DNA of 64,000 nt from an uncultured Bacteroidia bacterium (GTDB lineage: Bacteria > Bacteroidota > Bacteroidia > J057 > CALLMJ01), in contig CALLNY010000005.1 of assembly GCA_938005475.1 (NCBI GenBank), positions 5,684-69,683 on the forward strand, in the 5' to 3' direction. Below, piece by piece: positions 38,249-47,695 of the stretch. Made by a program: the position numbers and the translations under genes. Position 1 is the first letter of the stretch; each line of letters begins with the position of its first letter. Under the pieces are notes generated by a model. The model was not told where the DNA came from. It saw only the letters and a program-made list of their open reading frames with translations, and did no database searches.

Positions 38249-40231
38249 ATGCATTCAAAAATATTTATTACATTTAATCTTTTATGGTTTTCGCTCTTAT
38301 TAAATGGACAACAGAACCAATACGTTCCTAATTTGTGTAGCCATTCTCAAATTCAGAAACCTCGAAAAATCTTTTCTTCGCAACTTGCTTCTAATGCCCA
38401 TATAGCTCGAATGAATCAATACGATGTTAAGTTTTATTTTTTAGATATCAAATTAGAACGTACTTCTACTTACATTTCAGGAAAAGTAACCATCAAAGCT
38501 CTCGTTAAAGCAACTCAACTTGATACTTTCAGTTTTGAATTACATCAAAATTTAACCATAGACTCCGTAAAAGTAAATGGCTCATTATGCACAATCACTC
38601 GAAATCAAGGTGAAGTAAATGCAATGCTACTCTCAGGATTAGCAGGTAATACTATCTTTGATGCAGAAATTTGGTACAAAGGAACACCGCCAAGTGGTGC
38701 ATCTGCCGCTATCGGTAACGGCATTTCAAGTGCTAACTCTCAAACCTGGGGAAATCGTATTACTTGGACTCTAAGCCAACCTTACGCCGCTTATGAATGG
38801 TTCCCTTGCAAACAAATACTAGCCGATAAAGCAGACTCCGTCTGGGTATGGGTCACTACCGATACCTCTAATAAAGTTGGCTCTAATGGTTTACTACAAA
38901 AAATTACTCCTATCTCCTCTACAAAACATCGATATGAATGGCGCTCTATCTATCCCATTGCTTACTACCTCATCTCCGTTACCGTTGGTCAGTATGTAGA
39001 ATACAATATCTATGCAAAACCTGCTGGTTATCAAGATTCTATTCTCATTCAAAATTATATCTACAATAACCCTAATACTTTACCTTACTTTAAAAATGAA
39101 ATCGATAAAACTAAAAACTTGGTTGAACTCTTTTCTGACTTGTATGGATTATATCCTTTCTATCAAGAAAAATATGGACACTGCATGGCTCCTTTTAGTG
39201 GTGGAATGGAACACCAAACTATGACTACACAAGGTTTCTTTAATTTTACTATCACTGCCCATGAACTTGGGCATCAATGGTTTGGGGATTGGGTTACCTG
39301 TGATAACTGGTCTGATATTTGGCTCAACGAAGGTTTTGCCTCCTACTCAGAATTTTTAGCTTTACAATATTTACCGAATTTAGGTAATCAATCCGCATCA
39401 GCTTGGATGAATGACGTACATAATAACGTCATGAGTTCTCCTGATGGTTCTGTTTTTGTGATGGATACTGCTGATGTTCCCCGTATTTTTGATATCAGGT
39501 TAACTTACGACAAAGGTGCTGCCATTTTACATACTCTACGTTTCATTATTAACAATGATAGCCTTTTCTTTTTGAGCCTCAAAAACTACTTGCAACAACA
39601 TGCTTTTTCAACTGCTACCGCTTACAGTTTTAAATCTTCCATCGAAAACACCACCGGATTAAACTTACAAACATTCTTCGACCAATGGTACTACGGAGAA
39701 GGTTTTCCAACCTTCGAAGTTAGATGGTTTCAAGTAGGTTCACAACTCATTATGAAAGTTACTCAAACCTCCTCGTCTATTGTTACGCCTCTTTTCATTA
39801 CACCTATTGAATACAAAATCAAAAGGCAATCTATTGGAGATACTATCATCCGTGTAGAACACACTCAACCTATTGAAAATTACATATTTACAATCAATGG
39901 AACTATCACCAATATTCAAGTCGACCCTAACAACTGGTTACTCAACCAAGCTACCGTCATCAAAGACCAAACTTTAGCAAATAGTCAACTGTTAGATCAA
40001 TTAGAATGTCTGATTTATCCTATTCCTGGCACTAAATCGCTTCATATTCATCTAAACTATAGCGAACCAACCCAAATTAAAATTTATGATACACAAGGAA
40101 AATTGATTTACCATGACCTTATGAATCAACCACATAAAGAAATATCTATTTCAGACTGGCCTAATGGCTTTTATGTGATAGAATTACAAAACACCAAAGG
40201 AAAAACAATCAAAAAGTACCAAAAGATGTAG
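38249..40231 (+). CDS. M1 family zinc aminopeptidase with T9SS sorting domain
   Basis: GGMEH, HELGHQWFG..WLNEGFA (HEXXH-X18-E), YDKG, CTD IYPIP..NGFYVIEL. Confidence 0.93.
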   Translation: MHSKIFITFNLLWFSLLLNGQQNQYVPNLCSHSQIQKPRKIFSSQLASNAHIARMNQYDVKFYFLDIKLERTSTYISGKVTIKALVKATQLDTFSFELHQNLTIDSVKVNGSLCTITRNQGEVNAMLLSGLAGNTIFDAEIWYKGTPPSGASAAIGNGISSANSQTWGNRITWTLSQPYAAYEWFPCKQILADKADSVWVWVTTDTSNKVGSNGLLQKITPISSTKHRYEWRSIYPIAYYLISVTVGQYVEYNIYAKPAGYQDSILIQNYIYNNPNTLPYFKNEIDKTKNLVELFSDLYGLYPFYQEKYGHCMAPFSGGMEHQTMTTQGFFNFTITAHELGHQWFGDWVTCDNWSDIWLNEGFASYSEFLALQYLPNLGNQSASAWMNDVHNNVMSSPDGSVFVMDTADVPRIFDIRLTYDKGAAILHTLRFIINNDSLFFLSLKNYLQQHAFSTATAYSFKSSIENTTGLNLQTFFDQWYYGEGFPTFEVRWFQVGSQLIMKVTQTSSSIVTPLFITPIEYKIKRQSIGDTIIRVEHTQPIENYIFTINGTITNIQVDPNNWLLNQATVIKDQTLANSQLLDQLECLIYPIPGTKSLHIHLNYSEPTQIKIYDTQGKLIYHDLMNQPHKEISISDWPNGFYVIELQNTKGKTIKKYQKM

Positions 40232-40403
40232 TACATCTAAACGTATCTCATCCTGAACTCTTTTCAATGTTTCAAAATTATATTTCCTCTCCTGTTTTGG
40301 TAATGCAGAACCCAAGCGTAATATCGTTTCTATAAATTTCTAATTTTATCATAAAAGCTCATCTTGGTTGGCTCTCCTACTAGCAACTTAAACAAAATTT
40401 TTC

Positions 40404-40411
40404 TATCTTTG
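40404..40411 (+). promoter_or_regulatory. -7 promoter element
   Basis: TATCTTTG upstream of the second M1 peptidase. Confidence 0.65.
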
Positions 40412-40430
40412 CGATACTTGTTTATCGTTT

Positions 40431-42749
40431 ATGAAAAAGTTAAAAATCTTTATTCTTTTCGTTTTTTCCAACTCTTTGTCTTATGCACAAAACATAGATG
40501 TATTACATTATGACTTAAACCTTTCTATTCGTAATCTCACTCAAAAAAACATTCAAGGCCTGGCAACTATCCGCTACAACCTACTGCAAGTTTCAGATTC
40601 CCTTTTCTTTGAACTCAATCATTTACAAGTAGACTCTGTTATTTATCACCAACAAAAACTTAATTATGTTCAGCGGGGAGATTCGATATGGATACAATTT
40701 AATAGCACTACAAATCAAGGAACAGACAGTATTCAAATTTATTATAAAGGTGAACCAGGTAAAGACCCTGGTAATTTGGGGGGCTTTTATTTTCAGGATT
40801 CCTCTTATGCTTTCAATATAGGCGTTAGCTTTTACAAAGACCCTCATAATTTTGGAAAAGCCTGGTTTCCCTGTCGTGATAACTTTCAAGATAAAGCTAC
40901 CTATTCCTTTCACATCAACGTAGACCCTAATATGACAGCCGTTTGTGGCGGGCTTCTCTATCAAGTTGATACCTTACAAGATAGTTCCTTAATTTATCAC
41001 TGGAATATTAGTACTCCTATTTCTACTTATCTAGCTTCTGTTGCAGTCGCTAAATACCATGCCGTTCAAGATACCGTTTTAAGCATCAATAATCAAGTTA
41101 TCCCTATTGCTATCTACGGATTAGCTTCCGATACTACCAAAATCATCGGTACTTTTGCTAACTTAAAAACCGCTTTCCATATCTACGAAAATTTATTCGG
41201 ACCCTTCCGCTTTGAACGTATTGGCTATATAATGGTCCCTTTCTCTGCGGGAGCTATGGAACATGTTGGTAATATTGCCTATCCTCGTAATCTTCTCTCA
41301 GGTAATACCTTCCTAGATTATTTAATGGCTCATGAACTCTCTCATAACTGGTTTGGTAATCTTGTCACTTGTGATTCTCAAGAAAATATGTGGCTCAACG
41401 AAGGATGGGCTAATTACTCTGAACCTCTTTATTTTGAATTCTTACAAGATAAAAAAGCCTACAAAGACTATGTACGTAGCTTACACGAAGATGTTTTAAG
41501 AAGAGCCCATATCTTCGATGAAAGTTATTTACCCCTAACTCCTATGCCCTCTGATTTCACTTATGGACTAACAGTCTACAAAAAAGGCGCTACTACTCTT
41601 CATACCCTCCGTCATCATCTTGGTGACAGCCTATTCTTTGGTGCCGCCCGTTATTACCTTAATAAACATGCTTTTAGTAACGCATCTACCGAAGATTTTC
41701 AGTTGGCTTTTGAAGAATATACCAATCAAAACCTAACAAACTTTGTGGACAGCTGGATTAAAACCCCAGGATTTACGCATTTCAGGCTTGATAGTTTCAA
41801 GGTTAACAACCAAGGTAGTACCTTTCATAATCAACTATTTATCCGTCAAAGTCTTAAACAAAAACCTAACTTTATTCAAGCAAAACTGCCTATTGCTTTA
41901 TGGTCAAAAAATTGGCAAAGGAAAGATACTACCGTTATGGTATATGGAGAGTTTACGAACGTAAATATCACAACCAACTTTGAGCCAGCTCTTATAATGA
42001 TAGACCCTGAAGAAACCCTCGCTGACGCTACCGTTGATGAATATAAAATAACCAAAACAATTGCATCCTTACCCTTTAATAAGGCTTATGGTAGTGTAAG
42101 TATAACAAAAATTCCCACGGGAGATTCTGCATTAGTTCGCTTCATTCATCATTTCATTAAACCTAACGGTGACCAACCCGAAAAAGGTATTTATTTAGGA
42201 AACCGATATTGGGAAATTCAAATCTTATCTCCTGATACAGGTTTTGAAGCAAAAGCTGTCTTTCAATACAATGGTGCTACCTCAGGAAATTCCGGTTATA
42301 TTGATATCGACTGGTGGAATACTCATGAAGACTCATTAGTTTTATTATATAAATCTAATATACATGAACCATGGCAAGTTTGGGATTCTGTTTTACATCA
42401 AAAAGGTGCTCCAAACGATAAAATTGGTTCTTTTGAAGCCCGTAAAATTCAACCTGGTTTCTTTGCTATTGGGTATAGAGATACTGTCCGAACTATTAAC
42501 CGACAAAAAATCTCCACTAATGAATTTTTCAAAATCTATCCTAATCCCGCCCAAAACGCTATTCATCTCGAAACTTCTTTGAACTCCCAAAATACTCTTA
42601 TACATCTCTACGATATTTCTGGTAAAAAACTTTTAGAAACCCCTTTTGTTTCTTATCTTCCTTTAAATCTAACTAACGGATTATATTTCATTAAGTTGCA
42701 ACATTCAGATCATATTCTCACCCAAAAATTGATTATCTACCATGAATAA
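40431..42749 (+). CDS. M1 family zinc aminopeptidase with extra C-terminal domain and T9SS sorting domain
   Basis: GAMEH, HELSHNWFG..WLNEGWA, YKKG, CTD IYPNPA..NGLYFIKL..QKLII. Confidence 0.93.
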   Translation: MKKLKIFILFVFSNSLSYAQNIDVLHYDLNLSIRNLTQKNIQGLATIRYNLLQVSDSLFFELNHLQVDSVIYHQQKLNYVQRGDSIWIQFNSTTNQGTDSIQIYYKGEPGKDPGNLGGFYFQDSSYAFNIGVSFYKDPHNFGKAWFPCRDNFQDKATYSFHINVDPNMTAVCGGLLYQVDTLQDSSLIYHWNISTPISTYLASVAVAKYHAVQDTVLSINNQVIPIAIYGLASDTTKIIGTFANLKTAFHIYENLFGPFRFERIGYIMVPFSAGAMEHVGNIAYPRNLLSGNTFLDYLMAHELSHNWFGNLVTCDSQENMWLNEGWANYSEPLYFEFLQDKKAYKDYVRSLHEDVLRRAHIFDESYLPLTPMPSDFTYGLTVYKKGATTLHTLRHHLGDSLFFGAARYYLNKHAFSNASTEDFQLAFEEYTNQNLTNFVDSWIKTPGFTHFRLDSFKVNNQGSTFHNQLFIRQSLKQKPNFIQAKLPIALWSKNWQRKDTTVMVYGEFTNVNITTNFEPALIMIDPEETLADATVDEYKITKTIASLPFNKAYGSVSITKIPTGDSALVRFIHHFIKPNGDQPEKGIYLGNRYWEIQILSPDTGFEAKAVFQYNGATSGNSGYIDIDWWNTHEDSLVLLYKSNIHEPWQVWDSVLHQKGAPNDKIGSFEARKIQPGFFAIGYRDTVRTINRQKISTNEFFKIYPNPAQNAIHLETSLNSQNTLIHLYDISGKKLLETPFVSYLPLNLTNGLYFIKLQHSDHILTQKLIIYHE

Positions 42750-43239
42750 AGCTTCCTTCAAAAGTAAACATTATCCCATCTCAAAAAAACGTATCTGGTT
42801 AATACAGCAGCATGCTCAAAAATACTATCAATTCTTTGCTTTATTTATCATGGTTACTTCTTTAATCATGTTATTAAATCACCAAAGTCCTTTATATTTT
42901 GCTTGTATAACCGCTACGATTGCTGTTTTACTCTCCAATTTTTTAGGTTTCATGAAATTGAACGCCTTGATTGCGGAAATTTATTTTGTCGATGAACAAT
43001 TTTATGTTTTATTTGTAGACGATGTACTCAAAGGAGGAAAAATACCTTCTTTTCCCATTCGTTTTGCTCATTTTTCTTGGAACGCTCAAGGCGCTACTAT
43101 TCATTACCATGATAGAATTTTACAACTATACCGTGAAGACTGGGAAGAATGGAACATTCTAACTAATTGGTTTCTACCCCAATCAGTAAATAACCTCACT
43201 TTTTGTTATGAATATGTAGAAAAACTTAATAATGAATAA
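42742..43239 (+). CDS. Hypothetical membrane protein (2 TM plus soluble beta domain)
   Basis: Two hydrophobic helices near the N-terminus. Overlaps the upstream stop. Confidence 0.65.
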   Translation: MNKASFKSKHYPISKKRIWLIQQHAQKYYQFFALFIMVTSLIMLLNHQSPLYFACITATIAVLLSNFLGFMKLNALIAEIYFVDEQFYVLFVDDVLKGGKIPSFPIRFAHFSWNAQGATIHYHDRILQLYREDWEEWNILTNWFLPQSVNNLTFCYEYVEKLNNE

Positions 43240-43242
43240 ATT

Positions 43243-43587
43243 ATGCAAACATACAAAGAAGATTGGGATGACCTAAAAAAATGGTTTACCGTAACCGAAG
43301 TTTCTGAAATGTTAGATATTCCGTCAACCGTTTTACGATACTGGGAAACAGAATTTGAACAATTAAAACCCCGTAAAAATAAACATGGTAAACGTATGTA
43401 TAGCCAAGAGGATATTGAATTACTTAAAAAATTACATTATTTATTACGTGTAAAAAAGTACACCATAAAAGGAGCAAAAGAAGCTTTAAACACCCAAAGC
43501 AATGAAATAACCTTTCAAATTCAAGCAAGAGAGTTACTTTTGAAGTTTAAACAGTTATTAGAAGAAATGTTAAATAAATCTTCATAA
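43243..43587 (+). CDS. MerR family transcriptional regulator
   Basis: FTVTEVSEML..VLRYWETEF..LKPRKN..GKRMYSQEDI. Confidence 0.92.
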   Translation: MQTYKEDWDDLKKWFTVTEVSEMLDIPSTVLRYWETEFEQLKPRKNKHGKRMYSQEDIELLKKLHYLLRVKKYTIKGAKEALNTQSNEITFQIQARELLLKFKQLLEEMLNKSS

Positions 43588-43626
43588 TGATTTATTTTTA
43601 AGTGATATTATATTGTAAAATTTTGT

Positions 43627-44493
43627 ATGCTATACTTTTCACTGTTAATCTTAATCTTTATAACTTACATTATATTTGCTTTAATTATTGCATTAAAAAT
43701 TATCAAGCCCCAAAATGATAGTCAAAAACCTCCTACCTACAAGCATCCATCAGAATTAAATCTGTTTCAAGAAGAAGTATCTATACCCGTAAACAAGAAT
43801 ATTAAAATTGATGCTTGGTATTTTCCTGCTAATTCAAAACATACTCTTTTATTACTTCATGGTATACATTTAAGTAAACCATATCTTATACCGTTTGCAA
43901 AAGCTTTTCAAGAAATGGGAATAAATGTATTACTACCCGATCATCGCGCTCATGGAGAAAGTGAAGGAAAATGGATTACTTACGGAAAAAATGAAGTTCA
44001 AGACATTATTCAAATAGTAGAGTGGCTTGAAAAAGAAAAGCCTTTTGAAAAATTATCTATGTTCGGTATCTCCTATGGTAGTATTATTGGCTCTCAAGCT
44101 GGTTTAAAAATAAAACACAAATTTAATGCGTTTGTCTTTCAGAGCCCTTATACCAATTTAGATTTAATAATACGATGGACTATCATAAAAAAACTTGGGT
44201 CCTGGGCAAAAATTATGATGCCTGCAGTAAGATTATGGGTTAAACTCTTAGCTGGATTTTGGCTCAATGAAGTGGATGTCATTAGTGCTTGTTCAAAATT
44301 AGATAAACCCACCTTATTTATTGCCGCAGAAAAAGATGAAATTTGCCCTGCCTACGAAACCGTAAAATGTCATGAAGCCTCCGCAAAACCCTCCGATTTA
44401 TGGATTGTTAAAAACGCTAAACATAATAACATTCATAAAATAGCTGGTGAATCTTTTTATTTTAAACGAATTTACGAATTTATTATCCATTAA
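43627..44493 (+). CDS. Alpha/beta hydrolase with N-terminal TM anchor
   Basis: LLHG, DHRAHGESEG, nucleophile GISYG, acid D in EKDEIC, His in AKHN. Confidence 0.88.
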   Translation: MLYFSLLILIFITYIIFALIIALKIIKPQNDSQKPPTYKHPSELNLFQEEVSIPVNKNIKIDAWYFPANSKHTLLLLHGIHLSKPYLIPFAKAFQEMGINVLLPDHRAHGESEGKWITYGKNEVQDIIQIVEWLEKEKPFEKLSMFGISYGSIIGSQAGLKIKHKFNAFVFQSPYTNLDLIIRWTIIKKLGSWAKIMMPAVRLWVKLLAGFWLNEVDVISACSKLDKPTLFIAAEKDEICPAYETVKCHEASAKPSDLWIVKNAKHNNIHKIAGESFYFKRIYEFIIH

Positions 44494-44877
44494 TTATCCA
44501 CATATTTAATAATAAAAAACAGTAAATTGTGAATACAATAAACCTTTTTCATTACAACAAGTAAAAAAATCATCAGCTACCATGAAAATAACCTTATATT
44601 TCCACACTAATACATCCAAAGTTAAATATTTTTGTTAATTAAAATAATCAACATGAATAAAAAAATAAATTTTCACAATTGTGGAAATCTTTTGATAACT
44701 ATCAGTAAAATAAAAATAAAAATTGAGTAGAAATAATAAACTTTGTGGTTTATTTGTTCGTAAAATTATTTACGGGATACCAAGTAGGAGTTTATTAAGA
44801 TACTAACATACCTAATACAACTATAAATATCAGTATTTAAGTAAATATATGAATTTAATTATTATAATAGCATAAAA
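44494..44877. other. oriC: Putative chromosomal replication origin (oriC)
   Basis: Gene-free AT-rich gap with perfect TTATCCACA (44494), near-consensus boxes at 44528, 44598, 44645, 44669, 44680, 44744, a DnaA-trio-like run at 44725-44739, a G/C skew switch, and a parS pair 7 kb away. Confidence 0.75.
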
Positions 44878-45885
44878 ATGGAAATTGTTGACAAAGTGAA
44901 ATGGAAAGAAATTGAAAGAAAAGGTTTTTACGATATAGAGGTAGAACCAACAATAGATTTGTTTTATGAGATTGAAAAATTAAAAAAAGAAAAAAATGCA
45001 ATCATACTTGCCCATTATTATCAAGATGCGGATATACAAGATATTGCTGATTTTGTTGGAGATTCATTAGGTTTAGCCCAGCAGGCAGCTAAAACAGAAG
45101 CCGATATTATTCTGTTTGCAGGCGTACACTTTATGGCTGAAACTGCTAAAATCTTGTCCCCAAAAAAGAAGGTAATATTACCAGACTTAAATGCGGGATG
45201 CTCTTTATCGGATTCTGCTCCTGCTCCACTGTTTGCTGAATTTAAAAAGAAATACCCAGACCATAAAGTCGTTACTTATGTAAATTGTTCTGCCGCTCTT
45301 AAAACAATGTCTGATGTTATTGTTACTTCAAAAAATGCTATACAAATCGTTAATTCTTTTCCACCAGACCAACCTTTAATATTTGCTCCTGATAAAAATC
45401 TAGGTGCTTATATCAATAAAATAACTGGAAGAAACATGGTTTTATGGAATGGTGCTTGTATGGTTCATGAAATTTTTAATCATAAAAAAATTTCAGATTT
45501 ACTGGCTTCGCACCCTGATGCAGAATTGATAGCTCATCCTGAATGTGAAGCTTCTGTACTATCCCTAGCAAAATATATTGGTTCTACTTATGGTTTATTA
45601 GAATACACTAAAAAATCATCAGCGAATAAATTTATTGTTGCAACTGAGCCTGGTATATTACATCAAATGCAAAAAAGTTCACCGCAAAAAATTTTTATTC
45701 CTGCACCTACTAATCATACTTGTGCTTGTAATAATTGCCCTCACATGAAATTAAATACTCTTGAAAAAGTTTATATTTGCTTAAAATATGAAGTCCCAGA
45801 ATTAATTTTGGATGATGAAACCATTCAAAAAGCTCTCATTCCAATTCAAAAAATGCTTGAAATATCTGCTCAACATTCTTTATGA
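44878..45885 (+). CDS. nadA: Quinolinate synthase A
   Basis: ILAHYYQ, GDSLGL, FAGVHFMAETAK, AGCSLSD, YVNCSA, GACMVHE, HPEC, CPHMK. Confidence 0.97.
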   Translation: MEIVDKVKWKEIERKGFYDIEVEPTIDLFYEIEKLKKEKNAIILAHYYQDADIQDIADFVGDSLGLAQQAAKTEADIILFAGVHFMAETAKILSPKKKVILPDLNAGCSLSDSAPAPLFAEFKKKYPDHKVVTYVNCSAALKTMSDVIVTSKNAIQIVNSFPPDQPLIFAPDKNLGAYINKITGRNMVLWNGACMVHEIFNHKKISDLLASHPDAELIAHPECEASVLSLAKYIGSTYGLLEYTKKSSANKFIVATEPGILHQMQKSSPQKIFIPAPTNHTCACNNCPHMKLNTLEKVYICLKYEVPELILDDETIQKALIPIQKMLEISAQHSL

Positions 45886-46931
45886 TAGAAGACAAAGATA
45901 TTAAGTTTACTCCATTAAATCAATTCAGTGAATTTGAGTTAATTCACGAATGGACAAAAAACTTTAAAGTTTATCATTCTAACCTTTTAAAAGGAATTGG
46001 TGATGATTGTGCTGTGCAAGAACTGTCAGATAATCAGGTTTTACTTACTTCTACGGATTTACTAATTGAAAGTGTTCATTTTGATTTAAGTTATTGCCCA
46101 CCAGTGCATTTGGGTTACAAAGCCGCAATGGTTAATTTTTCAGATATAGTTGCTATGAACGCCCTTCCCACTGCTATAACGGTCTCTATTGCCTGCTCTA
46201 ATTATCATTCTTTTGAACTTGTACAACAAATTTACTTAGGTATTCAAATTGCCTGTGATGAACTTCAAGTTGATTTAATAGGTGGTGATACTTCCTCAAC
46301 GAGAAAAGAGATGGTTATATCTATTACTGTTAATGGAGTGCGAGAAAAAGATAAAATTGTTTATAGAGAGGGTGCTAAACATTCGGATTTAATATGTGTT
46401 ACAGGGGACTTAGGTGCTGCTTATGCTGGTTTACTAATATTGGAACGCGAAAAAAAAGTATTTATCGAAAATCCTAATATTCAACCAGATTTGAATGATT
46501 TTGATTACGTTATTGAAAGACAATTAAGACCACGTGCAAGGTATGATATAATTCGTTTTTTTAACGAAAGATGTTTAAAACCAACCTCTATGATTGATAT
46601 TTCCGATGGACTTGCTAATGAAATCAATCATTTATGTAAAGCCTCCAAGTTGGGTGCTGTCCTATATCAAGATAAACTTTTCTCTGATTACCAAACTCAA
46701 AAAGTCTCTGAATTACTAAATATTCCGTTAACTTCTTTTATCTTATATGGTGGTGAAGACTATGAATTACTCTTTACAATTTCACCACAATACTATGCTG
46801 ATATTTCTAAAAATAAAGATATTAAAATTGTAGGTTACATGACTGAACAGTTTGTAGAACCTATGTTGTTTCAGGCAGATGAAACTTATATTCCTTTGAA
46901 GCCTTATGGTTATCATCACTTTAAGAAATGA
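45882..46931 (+). CDS. thiL: Thiamine-monophosphate kinase
   Basis: GIGDDCAV, DLLIESVHF, VNFSDIVAM, IGGDT, TGDLGAA, IDISDGL, GGEDYELLFT. Confidence 0.95.
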   Translation: MIEDKDIKFTPLNQFSEFELIHEWTKNFKVYHSNLLKGIGDDCAVQELSDNQVLLTSTDLLIESVHFDLSYCPPVHLGYKAAMVNFSDIVAMNALPTAITVSIACSNYHSFELVQQIYLGIQIACDELQVDLIGGDTSSTRKEMVISITVNGVREKDKIVYREGAKHSDLICVTGDLGAAYAGLLILEREKKVFIENPNIQPDLNDFDYVIERQLRPRARYDIIRFFNERCLKPTSMIDISDGLANEINHLCKASKLGAVLYQDKLFSDYQTQKVSELLNIPLTSFILYGGEDYELLFTISPQYYADISKNKDIKIVGYMTEQFVEPMLFQADETYIPLKPYGYHHFKK

Positions 46932-47692
46932 AAAAGTTAATCAATTTGAATGTCAATGGATTTCGTTCTGCCGTAAGAAAAGGTTTTATATCTTTTTTAG
47001 AAAAGGAAAATCCCGATTTTATTACTTTACAAGAGGTAAAAATTAACGACGACTTAATTATAAATGAGATTCCTTTTTTGCGTGATTATTACATAATTTC
47101 TAATTATGCCCTAAAAAAAGGGTATTCAGGCGTGGTAACGTTAACAAAGGAAAGTCCTATCTATCAAAAAACTAAATTTGGTATAGATTTGTTTGATAAA
47201 GAGGGTAGGGTAGTTGTTACAGAATATGAAAAATTTTATCTAATAAACGTGTATTTCCCTTCAGGAACTATGGGTGAAACTCGACAAAAGGTTAAAGATG
47301 TTTTCTTAAGTATTTTTTATAATTGGATAAATAATTTTGGTTTTTATAAACCTTATTTGATTGCTGGGGACTTTAATATTGCACATCAAGAAATGGATAT
47401 TCATAATCCGAAAGGTTTATCAAAAACATCAGGTTTCTTACCACATGAAAGAAAGTGGTTTTCTGACTTCATCAATTTTAAGCATGTAGATATCTTTAGA
47501 CATATTTACCCTGATAAGGTAGAATACACTTGGTTTTCTTTTAGAGCAAATGCAAAAATGAATAATAAAGGTTGGAGAATTGATTATGTGATTACTAATC
47601 GTTCTTTTTGCAAATTTGTTGATAATATAAAAATTGTGAAAGATTTTGATTTTTCAGACCATTTACCTATTATTGTATCCTTAAATTTGTAG
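46928..47692 (+). CDS. xth: Exodeoxyribonuclease III
   Basis: NVNGFR, LQEVK, GYSGV, DKEGR, NVYFPSG, GDFNIAH, GWRIDY, SDH. Confidence 0.95.
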   Translation: MKKLINLNVNGFRSAVRKGFISFLEKENPDFITLQEVKINDDLIINEIPFLRDYYIISNYALKKGYSGVVTLTKESPIYQKTKFGIDLFDKEGRVVVTEYEKFYLINVYFPSGTMGETRQKVKDVFLSIFYNWINNFGFYKPYLIAGDFNIAHQEMDIHNPKGLSKTSGFLPHERKWFSDFINFKHVDIFRHIYPDKVEYTWFSFRANAKMNNKGWRIDYVITNRSFCKFVDNIKIVKDFDFSDHLPIIVSLNL

Positions 47693-47695
47693 ATT

